Origin: an uncultured Methylococcaceae bacterium
Lineage (GTDB): Bacteria > Pseudomonadota > Gammaproteobacteria > Methylococcales > Methylomonadaceae
Direction of reading: 5' to 3'
NCBI GenBank assembly: GCA_903917345.1
Contig: CAIXAE010000036.1
Span: forward strand, 43,604-75,603
DNA length: 32,000 nt
Each line of letters opens with the position of its first letter. Position 1 is the first letter of the stretch. Below the pieces are notes generated by a model. It was not told the DNA's origin and searched no databases. It saw only the letters and a list, made by a program, of their open reading frames with translations. This document shows positions 9,201 to 16,664 of the stretch, piece by piece. The translations under genes were made by a program, and so were the position numbers.

Positions 9201-9714
9201 GAGACTCTGTTTCAAAGTAATCATTAGACGCATTAAACTGGTCAGCTAATGATTGACTGAGTGCGGCGTCTCTTAAATAAAAGAAGCAGTGTTCAGCCAT
9301 ATCAGGGTTATCTAATACCCCATGTAAGATTTCCATCTCTGTGACACTTAAGCCGGCTTTTAAACTGTCTTCTAAGAAAGGAAATAAGCTGAGTAATTCT
9401 GCTTTATGATCTAAATCGGTATCTAAGGGTGCCCAACCATAGCGATCGCCTAATAAACTAACAAAGTAAGGTCGGCAGCGATTAATCTCTTCAAGACAAA
9501 TCCGAAGCACTTTGCCTTGTTCAGCTTCTTCTTGTGTGACACCCCAGCGCAAATCAATTTCTGTAAACTCTACCTGCCTATCACGACAAGCACGACGAAC
9601 AACAGGAAACACGTGACTCATTAAATAATGCCGCTCCTCTTGCATATCCCGAAAAGTTGAGGAGATAAAGACGCGTATTTCGCGATTAGTGTTGGTTTGA
9701 TGTGTATCTGTCAT
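6295..9714 (-). CDS. DUF4062 (TIR-like)-NACHT/STAND NTPase-TPR protein
   Basis: N-terminus IRVFISSTFRDMQEERHYL...FVSLLGDRYGW is DUF4062-type. Walker A is LLVTGESGSGKSALLAYW. The C-terminus has 11 diverged 42-aa kinesin-light-chain-type TPR units (..LG.xHPDT..SLNNLA..). Confidence 0.85.
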   Translation of the reverse strand: MTDTHQTNTNREIRVFISSTFRDMQEERHYLMSHVFPVVRRACRDRQVEFTEIDLRWGVTQEEAEQGKVLRICLEEINRCRPYFVSLLGDRYGWAPLDTDLDHKAELLSLFPFLEDSLKAGLSVTEMEILHGVLDNPDMAEHCFFYLRDAALSQSLADQFNASNDYFETESPLKAKLATLKTRLRSSGLPVRDNYISIEALGELIKVDLLAVLDKQFPLDQTPTPFKAAQDAHRSYAIERCHAYSANPRDIEALDTFLQAKTNHALLVTGESGSGKSALLAYWVSQQRLANPKQFIIEHYIGISGDVDPVAIVYRIMSEIKHRLNDGQDLPSTPEDVIRDFPLWLAKVSEQDPLLLIIDGINQLESKECLWLPTFWQENVTAIFSVIPGDQLELLSQRNWPIHTLEALDVKRKEQLIRDWLATYRKALSIQQTRCIAQAPQTGSPLFLKTVLEELRIFGYFEHLDQRIDALLTANNPQELFVLVLERLEKDFGKAIVIQIMQALWAARRGLSETEIAGITGLSRLSISTFLMAIDTHLAKRGSLLNFFHEYLRLAVKHYCFNNKEAESNAHIKLAHYFNNQELSSRVAEELPWQWQQAEQWESLKDCISAIPLFSILYEKDDLALLGYWLVMGDQYDPGQCYLEALEKWEAENIVDTGLLAFTLFNLGYFFTNRFVRLKVAETLYRRSLAITEEILGGDHADIATCLNSLGEMLRKQGNYGDAESIHRQSLNIREKLLGANNPDMVISLHNLAETLRDQGNYDNAEVLHRQVLKIRQDVLGPEDPMTAISLNNLALVMFNQGNYDESEAFYRLAISVYEKVLGRDHIEISTSLNNLGLLLHHKGNFLEAEDLYHRSLLISEKVLGSEHPHTAMSLNNLASLLFDKGMYSDSEELHRKTLAIREKVLGYEHPDTIMSLNNLGGLFYDQGDFESAISFFKRILVIHERVLGSDHLHIAPTLNLLAEASYYLQDYAKAEMYYNRVLGMHENVFGIDHPDLVQSLNALAVISWAQGAYDLAESFYRRVLAINESSLGTSHPDIATSYNNLASLFYEQGSYTEALTLSRIVLSIREQVLGNEHPDTVISVENLALLLSDQGNYVEAEMLYRRAIAIHEKVLGAVHPDTIDCFDKLEDLIKRQLT

Positions 9715-9761
9715 GAGGAGAGCTACGGCACTAGAAAGTTTGAATTTTACACCTTGGGTGA

Positions 9762-10013
9762 GTGGCGTTAAAATTTTCTAATAAAGCTTATGACCGAGGC
9801 AGTGAGTACGCCCATTTTCGTAAAATTGCTTCATTACGAGAATATCTATTGGTCGCACAAGACCAGCCTAACATCGAACGCTATGTGCGACAAGGCTACG
9901 TTTGGATATTATCAGAAGTAACGGGAATTGAGGCCACCATGTCATTAGATAGCATCGACTGCATGCTTAGTTTACGTGAGGTTTATGACAAGGTTATGGA
10001 TGATTTTGATTAA
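9762..10013 (+). pseudogene. C-terminal fragment of a Uma2-family (DUF820) endonuclease
   Basis: 83 codons starting at GTG. DRGSEYAHFRKIASLREYLLVAQDQPNIERYVRQ matches the C-terminal half of Uma2 proteins (D..K..Y...EY.LV.Q....E.Y). The N-terminal half is absent. Confidence 0.5.
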
Positions 10014-10175
10014 TAAAACAGTGGTAGATTCCCTATTATTATTTTAAAAAGACTGTGATATGGCTTGAAAACTCATCTCTTTAAATTTAATACCGAAAAT
10101 TAACTAAAAATATCCGTTAAAATTATAAATAATCTCCTATATTAATATTACGTTTCGAAAGTATGGTTTTCTCCT

Positions 10176-10673
10176 ATGAGTTTTCAAGAAAAAATAAATT
10201 TATATATTGCAGATGGTTACAAAAAAACAATAACAAATCAGTCTGGACTTGACACCTATGTTATGTATAAAAACAACATAGTCGTTCGCATTGGGTCAGA
10301 TAGTTCCTATGACCATTATGCAAAGCTTATTAAAAGTAAAATAATTCAATCTAAAAATGCACCTATAATCACTAAACATGAAACTGTTTTGAATGTATTT
10401 GATAACACAAAGTTAGACTATACCTGCACCGAAATGGAACTACTGAATGAACTGAATGATGATGAGGCGACACGTTATAAGGAATGGATTGACAAAGAAA
10501 TAAATAATATTGTAGATAAAAAACTTGGTATAAGTGACCCTTTCAAAATTTTAGATTTAACACGTAAATTAGTTTTATATGCTCAAAAAAACAATCTTTT
10601 TCTTGATTTAGTGCAGTCTAAAAATATCATGAAGAGAGGTGAAACTTTTGTACACATCGATCCTTTCTCTTAA
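10176..10673 (+). CDS. hypothetical protein
   Basis: 165-aa ORF in a very AT-rich context. No secure domain recognised. Confidence 0.4.
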   Translation: MSFQEKINLYIADGYKKTITNQSGLDTYVMYKNNIVVRIGSDSSYDHYAKLIKSKIIQSKNAPIITKHETVLNVFDNTKLDYTCTEMELLNELNDDEATRYKEWIDKEINNIVDKKLGISDPFKILDLTRKLVLYAQKNNLFLDLVQSKNIMKRGETFVHIDPFS

Positions 10674-10834
10674 AACATGTAACAACCATAAAACACGCCT
10701 GCGCTCTATCAACAACTCTAATTTTGATTATCTGTGATTTATTGTGAGATTAGATATTATTTGACCTGTGTATTTAATGTTGATTGATATCTTTTATAAT
10801 ATCTAGAACTGCAATCTACCTAACTTATACATAC

Positions 10835-11431
10835 TTAACCATATATTTCGTCTACATTGCATGATTTGACGATAGAAAAAACTTCGTGTTTTTTATCGTA
10901 AACCACTCTTTGGAACACTCCGTTCAGACATTGAAAAAAATCATAAGCTGGAAAACATGAATATAATTCTTTATCTTCAAGCTCTATTACATTTGTATCA
11001 ATACCAAATTGAATTGGTTTTGTAAAAAACAAACCTAAGACCCAGTATGTATGAACATATATTTCGTTATAAGTCACTCGATTTGTAATAGCATTATAAA
11101 GTTCAAGTGGCGATGCCACATTGCCTGATTTTCGTGCTTGCTCCCTTAATACAGGTGTAGAACCGGTATCGTTAGGTGACGCAAGTGTAATTGATTCTGA
11201 AGTTCTGGGAGCTAAGATTACACCAAAATTTCCAGTGTAATTATTTACCGGCTGATCTCCACAGACAATTGTTGAACAGGAAATGTCATAATTTCCCGTA
11301 ATAACTTTGCAAATTTTTTCAATCGATCCTAATTGATTAGTTTGAGCATTGCCAACCAGTGAAACATAACTTGAACAATGCACTAAAACAGCATTATTTT
11401 TTTTCAATACATCGATATATGAAGTAGGCAT
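10835..11431 (-). CDS. hypothetical protein
   Basis: 198-aa ORF, 58 nt downstream of the Cys-rich ORF on the same strand. No domain recognised. Confidence 0.45.
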   Translation of the reverse strand: MPTSYIDVLKKNNAVLVHCSSYVSLVGNAQTNQLGSIEKICKVITGNYDISCSTIVCGDQPVNNYTGNFGVILAPRTSESITLASPNDTGSTPVLREQARKSGNVASPLELYNAITNRVTYNEIYVHTYWVLGLFFTKPIQFGIDTNVIELEDKELYSCFPAYDFFQCLNGVFQRVVYDKKHEVFSIVKSCNVDEIYG

Positions 11432-11489
11432 GTATTATATTGGAATTGTAACTTGTAATTAATACCGCTAGTTTGAGCGGAAACAACTA

Positions 11490-11675
11490 CTAACAAAAAC
11501 ACTTATTTATTAAATTGCCACAGCAACCACAGTACTTTTCATTGGTTTTATAAGCGCCAGCCACCCGACTACTCTGGACATATCCTTTTGTAAGATGATG
11601 TCCACACATACGGCAATAATTATGACCTTGATTTTTGTATTCGTCGCATTCATTACACTTTTGATTTATACTCAT
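11490..11675 (-). CDS. small Cys-rich double zinc-ribbon protein
   Basis: There are 61 aa with CNEC..CRMC and CGCC..C(x)C pairs (KCNECDEY...YCRMCGH...YCGCCGNLINKCFC). Confidence 0.5.
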   Translation of the reverse strand: MSINQKCNECDEYKNQGHNYCRMCGHHLTKGYVQSSRVAGAYKTNEKYCGCCGNLINKCFC

Positions 11676-11782
11676 CCAAATAGCCTACCTATTCTAATCT
11701 AACGTGATATCAAACAAATTATCTTAAACTAAAAAATTACCCACCCCAAAAGAATTAACAAAAATAACTTAATCGATGAATT

Positions 11783-12046
11783 TTATAAACTAGCAATCCG
11801 TTCACGTATAAGCTCTGTAGTCGGATGATTTTCACCTAATGCTTTAATATTTATCGATAAGGCTTTTTGATAAACACTACTCACCTCTTCTATTTCACTT
11901 TTTTGTGCTAACGTAAAAGCAAGTAAAGATAAACTTTGGGCTGACTCTGCTGAGTTGGCTCCAAGTAACCAACAAACCTTCCGCATAATAATAGACAACT
12001 TATGAATAACCGCCTCCAGATATAAAACTGGCCCTTGGCTCTTTAA
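11783..12046 (-). pseudogene. remnant of the C-terminal TPR units of a STAND-TPR gene
   Basis: The frame is open from the stop at 12047-12049. It encodes ..GPVLYLEAVIHK..SAESAQSLSLLAFTLAQKSEIEEVSSVYQKALSINIKALGENHPTT.., about two KLC-type TPR units with no NTPase part upstream. Confidence 0.5.
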
Positions 12047-12222
12047 CTATATAACCCGTACCTAATAAATTAGGACAGAGGGGCGAAATGGTGTTTGGGG
12101 CCTTGGTGTCTCCCGGTTATTCTTAGCCAGAATAGTTCAAATAATACATTGATGTCAAATTCTAACCGTGAGTTGAATAAACGGTATCGCTTTAACTGCA
12201 CGCGATAATAAAATTAATATCG

Positions 12223-14910
12223 TCAAACGACTCGCATATCTTTTTGAAGATCTCTTAAATTCTCCAAGCAAAGCTTAGTATCAGGATGATCAGGCCCCAA
12301 CCCATGTTCAACAATGGCCAAAGCTCGAAGATAAAGCGGCTCCGCAGCATCATAATCACCTTTATTGTTAAGCAATACTGCGAGATTGTTTAAATAAGTA
12401 CCCGTTTTAGGATGATCAGGCCCCAACGCATTTTCAGTAATCATCAAGGCTCGACGACAGAGGTTTTCTGCTGCAGCATAATCACCTTTATCTTTAAAAA
12501 ATGTTGCGAGATTATTTAAATAAGTACCCGTTTTTGGATGATCGAGCCCTAATGCCTGTTCTGCAATCGCCAAGGCTCTACGAAATAGCGGCTCTGCGAC
12601 ATCATAATCACCTTTTTCATGAAGCAATAATGCGAGATTGTTTAAAGAAGTACCTGTTTCAGGATGATCAGGGCCCAGCGCTTGTTCTGCAATCGCCAAT
12701 GCTCGACGACAGAGGTTTTCTGCTGCAGCATAATCACCTTTTTCATGAAGCAATACTGCGAGATTGCTTAAAGAAGTGCCCGTATCAGGATGATCAGGAC
12801 CCAACGCTTGTTCTGCAATCGCCAAGGCTCGACGATAAAGTGGTTCTGCGACATCATAATCCCCTTGATCTTGAAGCAATGATGCGAGATTGTTTAAACG
12901 AGTACTCATATCAGGATGATCAGTTCCCAAGGCCTGTTCTGTAATCACCAAGGCTCTGCGAAAAAGAGGCTCTGCATTATCATAATCACCTTTTTTAGCA
13001 AAATACTGTAAATATTGCGCTAAGTTACTTAAAGTCACAGCCGTATATTCATGCTCTACCCCATAACATAACTCACTTAACCTGACGCCAAACCATCCCC
13101 AAGACTCTTGTTGCTCATGCTTAAGATAAGGTAATGTTCTTAGGTCTACTAGTTTTTCGATATTCTCACTGTATTTATCAACCGCCTCTTGATCAATGAT
13201 TTTTAAAAGCGCTTCATCCGACCACTGCTTTAATTGCTCTGGCAATTCCAACGCCATAAAGCTATCTAGGCAACTGACTAAATCCTCTGTCTGGGTAAAC
13301 TGCTCCCACAACACTTTACCTAACACCTCATGACCCTTTTCAACTTCTACAAAGTAATCAGCCCCGGCACTCTTCTCATCCAACAACCAATCTTGCAAGC
13401 TCTTATGAAACAGTGCAACGCCTTGCTCAGTAACGGTCAGGTAACTACCCAAGCGCTCAAGCACTTTAGAGCGTTGGCGTTTACTGTAATTTAATAAGGT
13501 TTCTATATCGCTGGTGGGAATAGGACGTGAAGATGCAACTAATATTTCCAATACCGGTAATAACTCTTGCTCATAATTATGGGTATCAGGGTATCGGTAT
13601 TTAAATTCACTTAAATACAAAGCACTCAAGCCTTTGGGCAGATCATTCAACTGTGTTATGTCGATTATATTTTGTTGAATGGCGGCTTGTAATTGCCTTA
13701 CATATAAAAAGTTACCTTGTGCGGCTGTTAATATCTGCTGTTGTGCATGGATTAAATCAGTTTGTTCTAAGCCTAAAGTGGGCAACCAATGTTGGATATA
13801 CGTTTTAACATCTTCTTGATTCCGCGGATCATCCGCGTTAATGTCATGCAGTCCAAATTGTTCTAATTGCCCACGAATTCCGGATTCTGGCCGACTAGTG
13901 ACCACCCACCCTAACCAATCGGGTAACTTGCTTAGCTGTGAGGCTATTAATTCCGTCAGTTCACTTTGACCGTTTTGTAAGGTTTCATCGAGCGCATCAA
14001 TAACAATCAATTGTCTGGGGCGATTGCCATTAATGGCATAGCGTAAAGGATTGGCTAATAAATAATCAAACAGATCCACTGGGTTCTTGCGGTCTAGGTC
14101 TTTTATTTCTGGTTGATTGAGCAGATGCCGACGATAGTCAGGTAAACGAGTCGCTAATTGAAAAGCAATCGAACGAATCACCCGTGTGGGGTCTCTGCGC
14201 TCAGGACTGTTATAACGACAAAATTGTGCCGCGATCACTTGGGCTTTATTGATGTGTGCCAGCCATGCTACCACCGCACTTTTGCCCATGCCTGGGCCAC
14301 CACTTAAACAAAAAATACGTGAACTTCTGTCACCTTCTCGCCAGATATTAATTTCATCCAGTAACCATTGCCGTCCGGTAAAGCCTGGCAAACGACTATT
14401 AATATCAGGGGTACAATCTAAGGGTAACAAGTACTCTTCAAGTTGACTAATCTCTCCAGCAAAACGTTGGTTATCAGGATGATCAATCACCGCACAGATT
14501 TGTGTAAAGCGCTCGGCGTACCAGACTTCAAAAGCATCTGGATCGCTTTGTTGACGCGCTTGCCAGTCGTGCATATCTAACCATTGCAAATGGCTCACCG
14601 ATATCGGCAGACTGACATCGACTTCGGGTTGAACCAGAATCGTAAAGACATAAGCTTTGCCGGCACCTAAGGCGATAGCGATTTCATCCCTACATACACC
14701 AGGATCACGGGTGGAATGCTCTGATAAAAAAGCCAGCACTTGATCACTCTCAATAATTCCTTCGGTGACTTCGCGTCGCCAATCGTCACCAAATTCAATA
14801 CGCTCACGATCTAACCAGACCTCATGACCTAAGTGGGCAAGATCGGTTTTAATCCGTAAGACTAAAGCTTCTGCGGCATTATCATGGCCGTAACTGAGGA
14901 AGATTTTCAT
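12223..14910 (-). CDS. TIR-STAND (NACHT/NB-ARC-like) NTPase-TPR protein
   Basis: The N-terminal TIR reads MKIFLSYGHDN..VWLDRERIEFGDDW..VLAFLS..CRDEIAIAL, with a candidate catalytic Glu. Walker A is FCLSGGPGMGKSAVVAWL and Walker B-like is LIVIDALDE. There are six near-identical 42-aa TPR units at the C-terminus. Confidence 0.9.
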   Translation of the reverse strand: MKIFLSYGHDNAAEALVLRIKTDLAHLGHEVWLDRERIEFGDDWRREVTEGIIESDQVLAFLSEHSTRDPGVCRDEIAIALGAGKAYVFTILVQPEVDVSLPISVSHLQWLDMHDWQARQQSDPDAFEVWYAERFTQICAVIDHPDNQRFAGEISQLEEYLLPLDCTPDINSRLPGFTGRQWLLDEINIWREGDRSSRIFCLSGGPGMGKSAVVAWLAHINKAQVIAAQFCRYNSPERRDPTRVIRSIAFQLATRLPDYRRHLLNQPEIKDLDRKNPVDLFDYLLANPLRYAINGNRPRQLIVIDALDETLQNGQSELTELIASQLSKLPDWLGWVVTSRPESGIRGQLEQFGLHDINADDPRNQEDVKTYIQHWLPTLGLEQTDLIHAQQQILTAAQGNFLYVRQLQAAIQQNIIDITQLNDLPKGLSALYLSEFKYRYPDTHNYEQELLPVLEILVASSRPIPTSDIETLLNYSKRQRSKVLERLGSYLTVTEQGVALFHKSLQDWLLDEKSAGADYFVEVEKGHEVLGKVLWEQFTQTEDLVSCLDSFMALELPEQLKQWSDEALLKIIDQEAVDKYSENIEKLVDLRTLPYLKHEQQESWGWFGVRLSELCYGVEHEYTAVTLSNLAQYLQYFAKKGDYDNAEPLFRRALVITEQALGTDHPDMSTRLNNLASLLQDQGDYDVAEPLYRRALAIAEQALGPDHPDTGTSLSNLAVLLHEKGDYAAAENLCRRALAIAEQALGPDHPETGTSLNNLALLLHEKGDYDVAEPLFRRALAIAEQALGLDHPKTGTYLNNLATFFKDKGDYAAAENLCRRALMITENALGPDHPKTGTYLNNLAVLLNNKGDYDAAEPLYLRALAIVEHGLGPDHPDTKLCLENLRDLQKDMRVV
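12240..13010 (-). repeat. tandem 126-bp (42-codon) TPR-coding repeats with a 252-bp higher-order unit
   Basis: The anchor aggatgatcagg (with variants) recurs at 12283, 12409, 12535, 12661, 12787 and 12913, exactly 126 bp apart. A 41-nt identical block sits at 12449-12489 and 12701-12741. Confidence 0.85.
14506..14910 (-). other. TIR domain of CDS 12223-14910
   Basis: The FLSYGH start strand, the W..E motifs and the conserved Glu in CRDEIAIA fall within the first ~135 residues. Confidence 0.75.
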
Positions 14911-16655
14911 GTGTTTGTGTCGGTTGCTATCATTAAATTAATGGCTTTTAACAAATGCGGAATATTTTGAATACTTTGCCTATCTTTTAGCTTTTCATCA
15001 GCGGGTAAGTCATCAAAATCCACTAAGCACGGATGAAATAACATTTTATTGTTTCTGATGGGAGCATATTTCCACCCAGCCAATCGTTTTTGGGCACACC
15101 ATCGCGCATGTTCTAAACGTTGTAAAATATTTAACTCTAATTCGGAAAAAACAAATGTCGGTGCATCTGGGTTGAGAGGCACTAATTTTCGACCAATCGC
15201 TCTTAATTTAATATCAATATGCGCGGCGGCATAACGATTGGAATCGCGTATAGACTCATCTAAATATGGCCAGGCTTCATTGATAGACGCAGCTGGATTT
15301 TTGTCTAAATAATCTTGATGAATAACTTGCGCCATCTGGTCTTTAGCATATTCAATTAAGCGTAAGACATCTCTATCTTGATCATCACCAACGTTATTCG
15401 CCTTATTTGAAAAGAGTGGGACAACCTGAATTTTCTTGTTATGTTGATTAAATTCTTGAAGTAAACTGCCGCCCGGTGGATCAACGACAACAATATTGTA
15501 AGACAAGCCGGCTTTTGAGCGTGCGATATCAATTTTCTTAGCAGAAATCACGTTACTGATTTCATTTTTAGTACAGATATAAACACAGCTAGGTTGATTA
15601 CTATCCCCAAATAACCTATCAATTTCAGGTTCTGGTAATTGATCAATACTGTTTTCTATTAATTTTATGTCTAACAACTCCAAGAATGCAGGATGGCGTT
15701 TAATTAACTGTTGATATTGCTGTTCAGCGTTAGCGTCAATAACCGTAATTTTTGGTTTATGGCCTCCACGATAATGGCCTAGTTGGGCCAAGTAAAATAA
15801 TACACTTTGGCCAATACTACCTAAGCCGATTAAAACCAAACGTATTTGCACATCATCTTGAGTCGCTATGCCACTATCAGGTGGATAATCATCTAGCATT
15901 TTTCTAGCGGTCAGCTCTATCTGATTAACAAAGCTGACTTTAACGACATCTTCAGGACTAAAGAAATCGACTGTCGATAAATTATGTTTAAGGTTGATAT
16001 CAGGCACATTGCATAAACATCTTAAAGTACTATCTTGCCCAGTGATTTTTAACGCTAACTTACACAGCGAAATATTATGTGCATAATCATCATTAAACGC
16101 TAATAAGCTGTGAGCTTTATTAATATGAGAGACTTCTAGGTTATGACTGTCATCACCCTTAGACAGAATAATAATGACACCATTTTTTCTAAGTAAAGAA
16201 ACATTGGCATCATCTAAAGAACTATCCGCTATTAGCACTACTTTTGTAGTCGACGCTAACACCACAGATGCCGCTACGGCGATATCATTTGAGCCATACA
16301 CAATAATGTGATTATTCAAAAACATTGACATGAAGCGATCTACGGTAAACCCCATTTGTCTTAAATAAACATGAATAATACTGGCCGCGATTGTTATCTG
16401 AATCAGCGCCGCCGACAAATTAACCAGAAAGGGGTCATCGCCATCCAAACTGAGTGTTGTACAAATGATGGTATAGATACTTTTACCTATACTAAAAAAA
16501 ATCGATTCATTTTCTACAGCATCTAGGTTTTTCCAAACAGCCAGAACAAAAACAATACCGGTTAATTTCCATAATCGAGTTACAAAGTTAGAGGCTAACC
16601 ATTCCAAAAGGTTATGTAAAATTGAGGACTTCTTGTTATCTGATACGGTGTGCAT
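14907..16655 (-). CDS. membrane protein: 2-TM channel-like N-terminus, two Rossmann (KTN/RCK-like) domains, C-terminal RyR domain
   Basis: The N-terminus has TM1 (LTGIVFVLAVW), a pore-loop-like SIYTIICTTLSLDGDDPF and TM2 (LSAALIQITIAASIIHVYL). The two Rossmann segments are IIVYGSNDIAVAAS and LVLIGLGSIGQSV. The RyR-domain signature is LEHARWCAQKRLAGWKYAP..FHPCLVDFDDLPADEKLKDRQSIQNIP. ATGA overlap with the TIR-STAND gene. Confidence 0.7.
   Translation of the reverse strand: MHTVSDNKKSSILHNLLEWLASNFVTRLWKLTGIVFVLAVWKNLDAVENESIFFSIGKSIYTIICTTLSLDGDDPFLVNLSAALIQITIAASIIHVYLRQMGFTVDRFMSMFLNNHIIVYGSNDIAVAASVVLASTTKVVLIADSSLDDANVSLLRKNGVIIILSKGDDSHNLEVSHINKAHSLLAFNDDYAHNISLCKLALKITGQDSTLRCLCNVPDINLKHNLSTVDFFSPEDVVKVSFVNQIELTARKMLDDYPPDSGIATQDDVQIRLVLIGLGSIGQSVLFYLAQLGHYRGGHKPKITVIDANAEQQYQQLIKRHPAFLELLDIKLIENSIDQLPEPEIDRLFGDSNQPSCVYICTKNEISNVISAKKIDIARSKAGLSYNIVVVDPPGGSLLQEFNQHNKKIQVVPLFSNKANNVGDDQDRDVLRLIEYAKDQMAQVIHQDYLDKNPAASINEAWPYLDESIRDSNRYAAAHIDIKLRAIGRKLVPLNPDAPTFVFSELELNILQRLEHARWCAQKRLAGWKYAPIRNNKMLFHPCLVDFDDLPADEKLKDRQSIQNIPHLLKAINLMIATDTNT
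14937..15143 (-). other. RyR (ryanodine-receptor repeat, PF02026-like) domain
   Basis: The pattern E-H-x-R-W...GW-x-Y...hP-x-LV-x-[FY]-x-x-LP-x-x-EK-x-x-DR is typical of bacterial RyR domains. Confidence 0.65.
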
Positions 16656-16664
16656 TTATTAATC

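Noticed and set aside
10176-10673. The C-terminal LDLVQSKNIM...FVHIDPF of the 165-aa ORF looked like a minimal kinase-type catalytic loop (D-x-x-x-x-N ... D).
   Set aside because: The protein is too short. It has no Gly-rich loop and no Lys-Glu pair that I can place, and the match is a few residues only. I cannot support the call without a profile or structure search.
11432-11489. Hairpin ccgct-agtttg-agcgg after the zinc-ribbon ORF as an intrinsic terminator.
   Set aside because: The stem is only 5 bp and no T-run follows on the transcribed strand. It is too weak to annotate.
12501-12944. 147-aa plus-strand ORF with an internally repetitive protein.
   Set aside because: It lies antisense to the TPR repeats of the TIR-STAND gene and its periodicity simply mirrors the 126-bp coding repeat. 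It is a shadow ORF.
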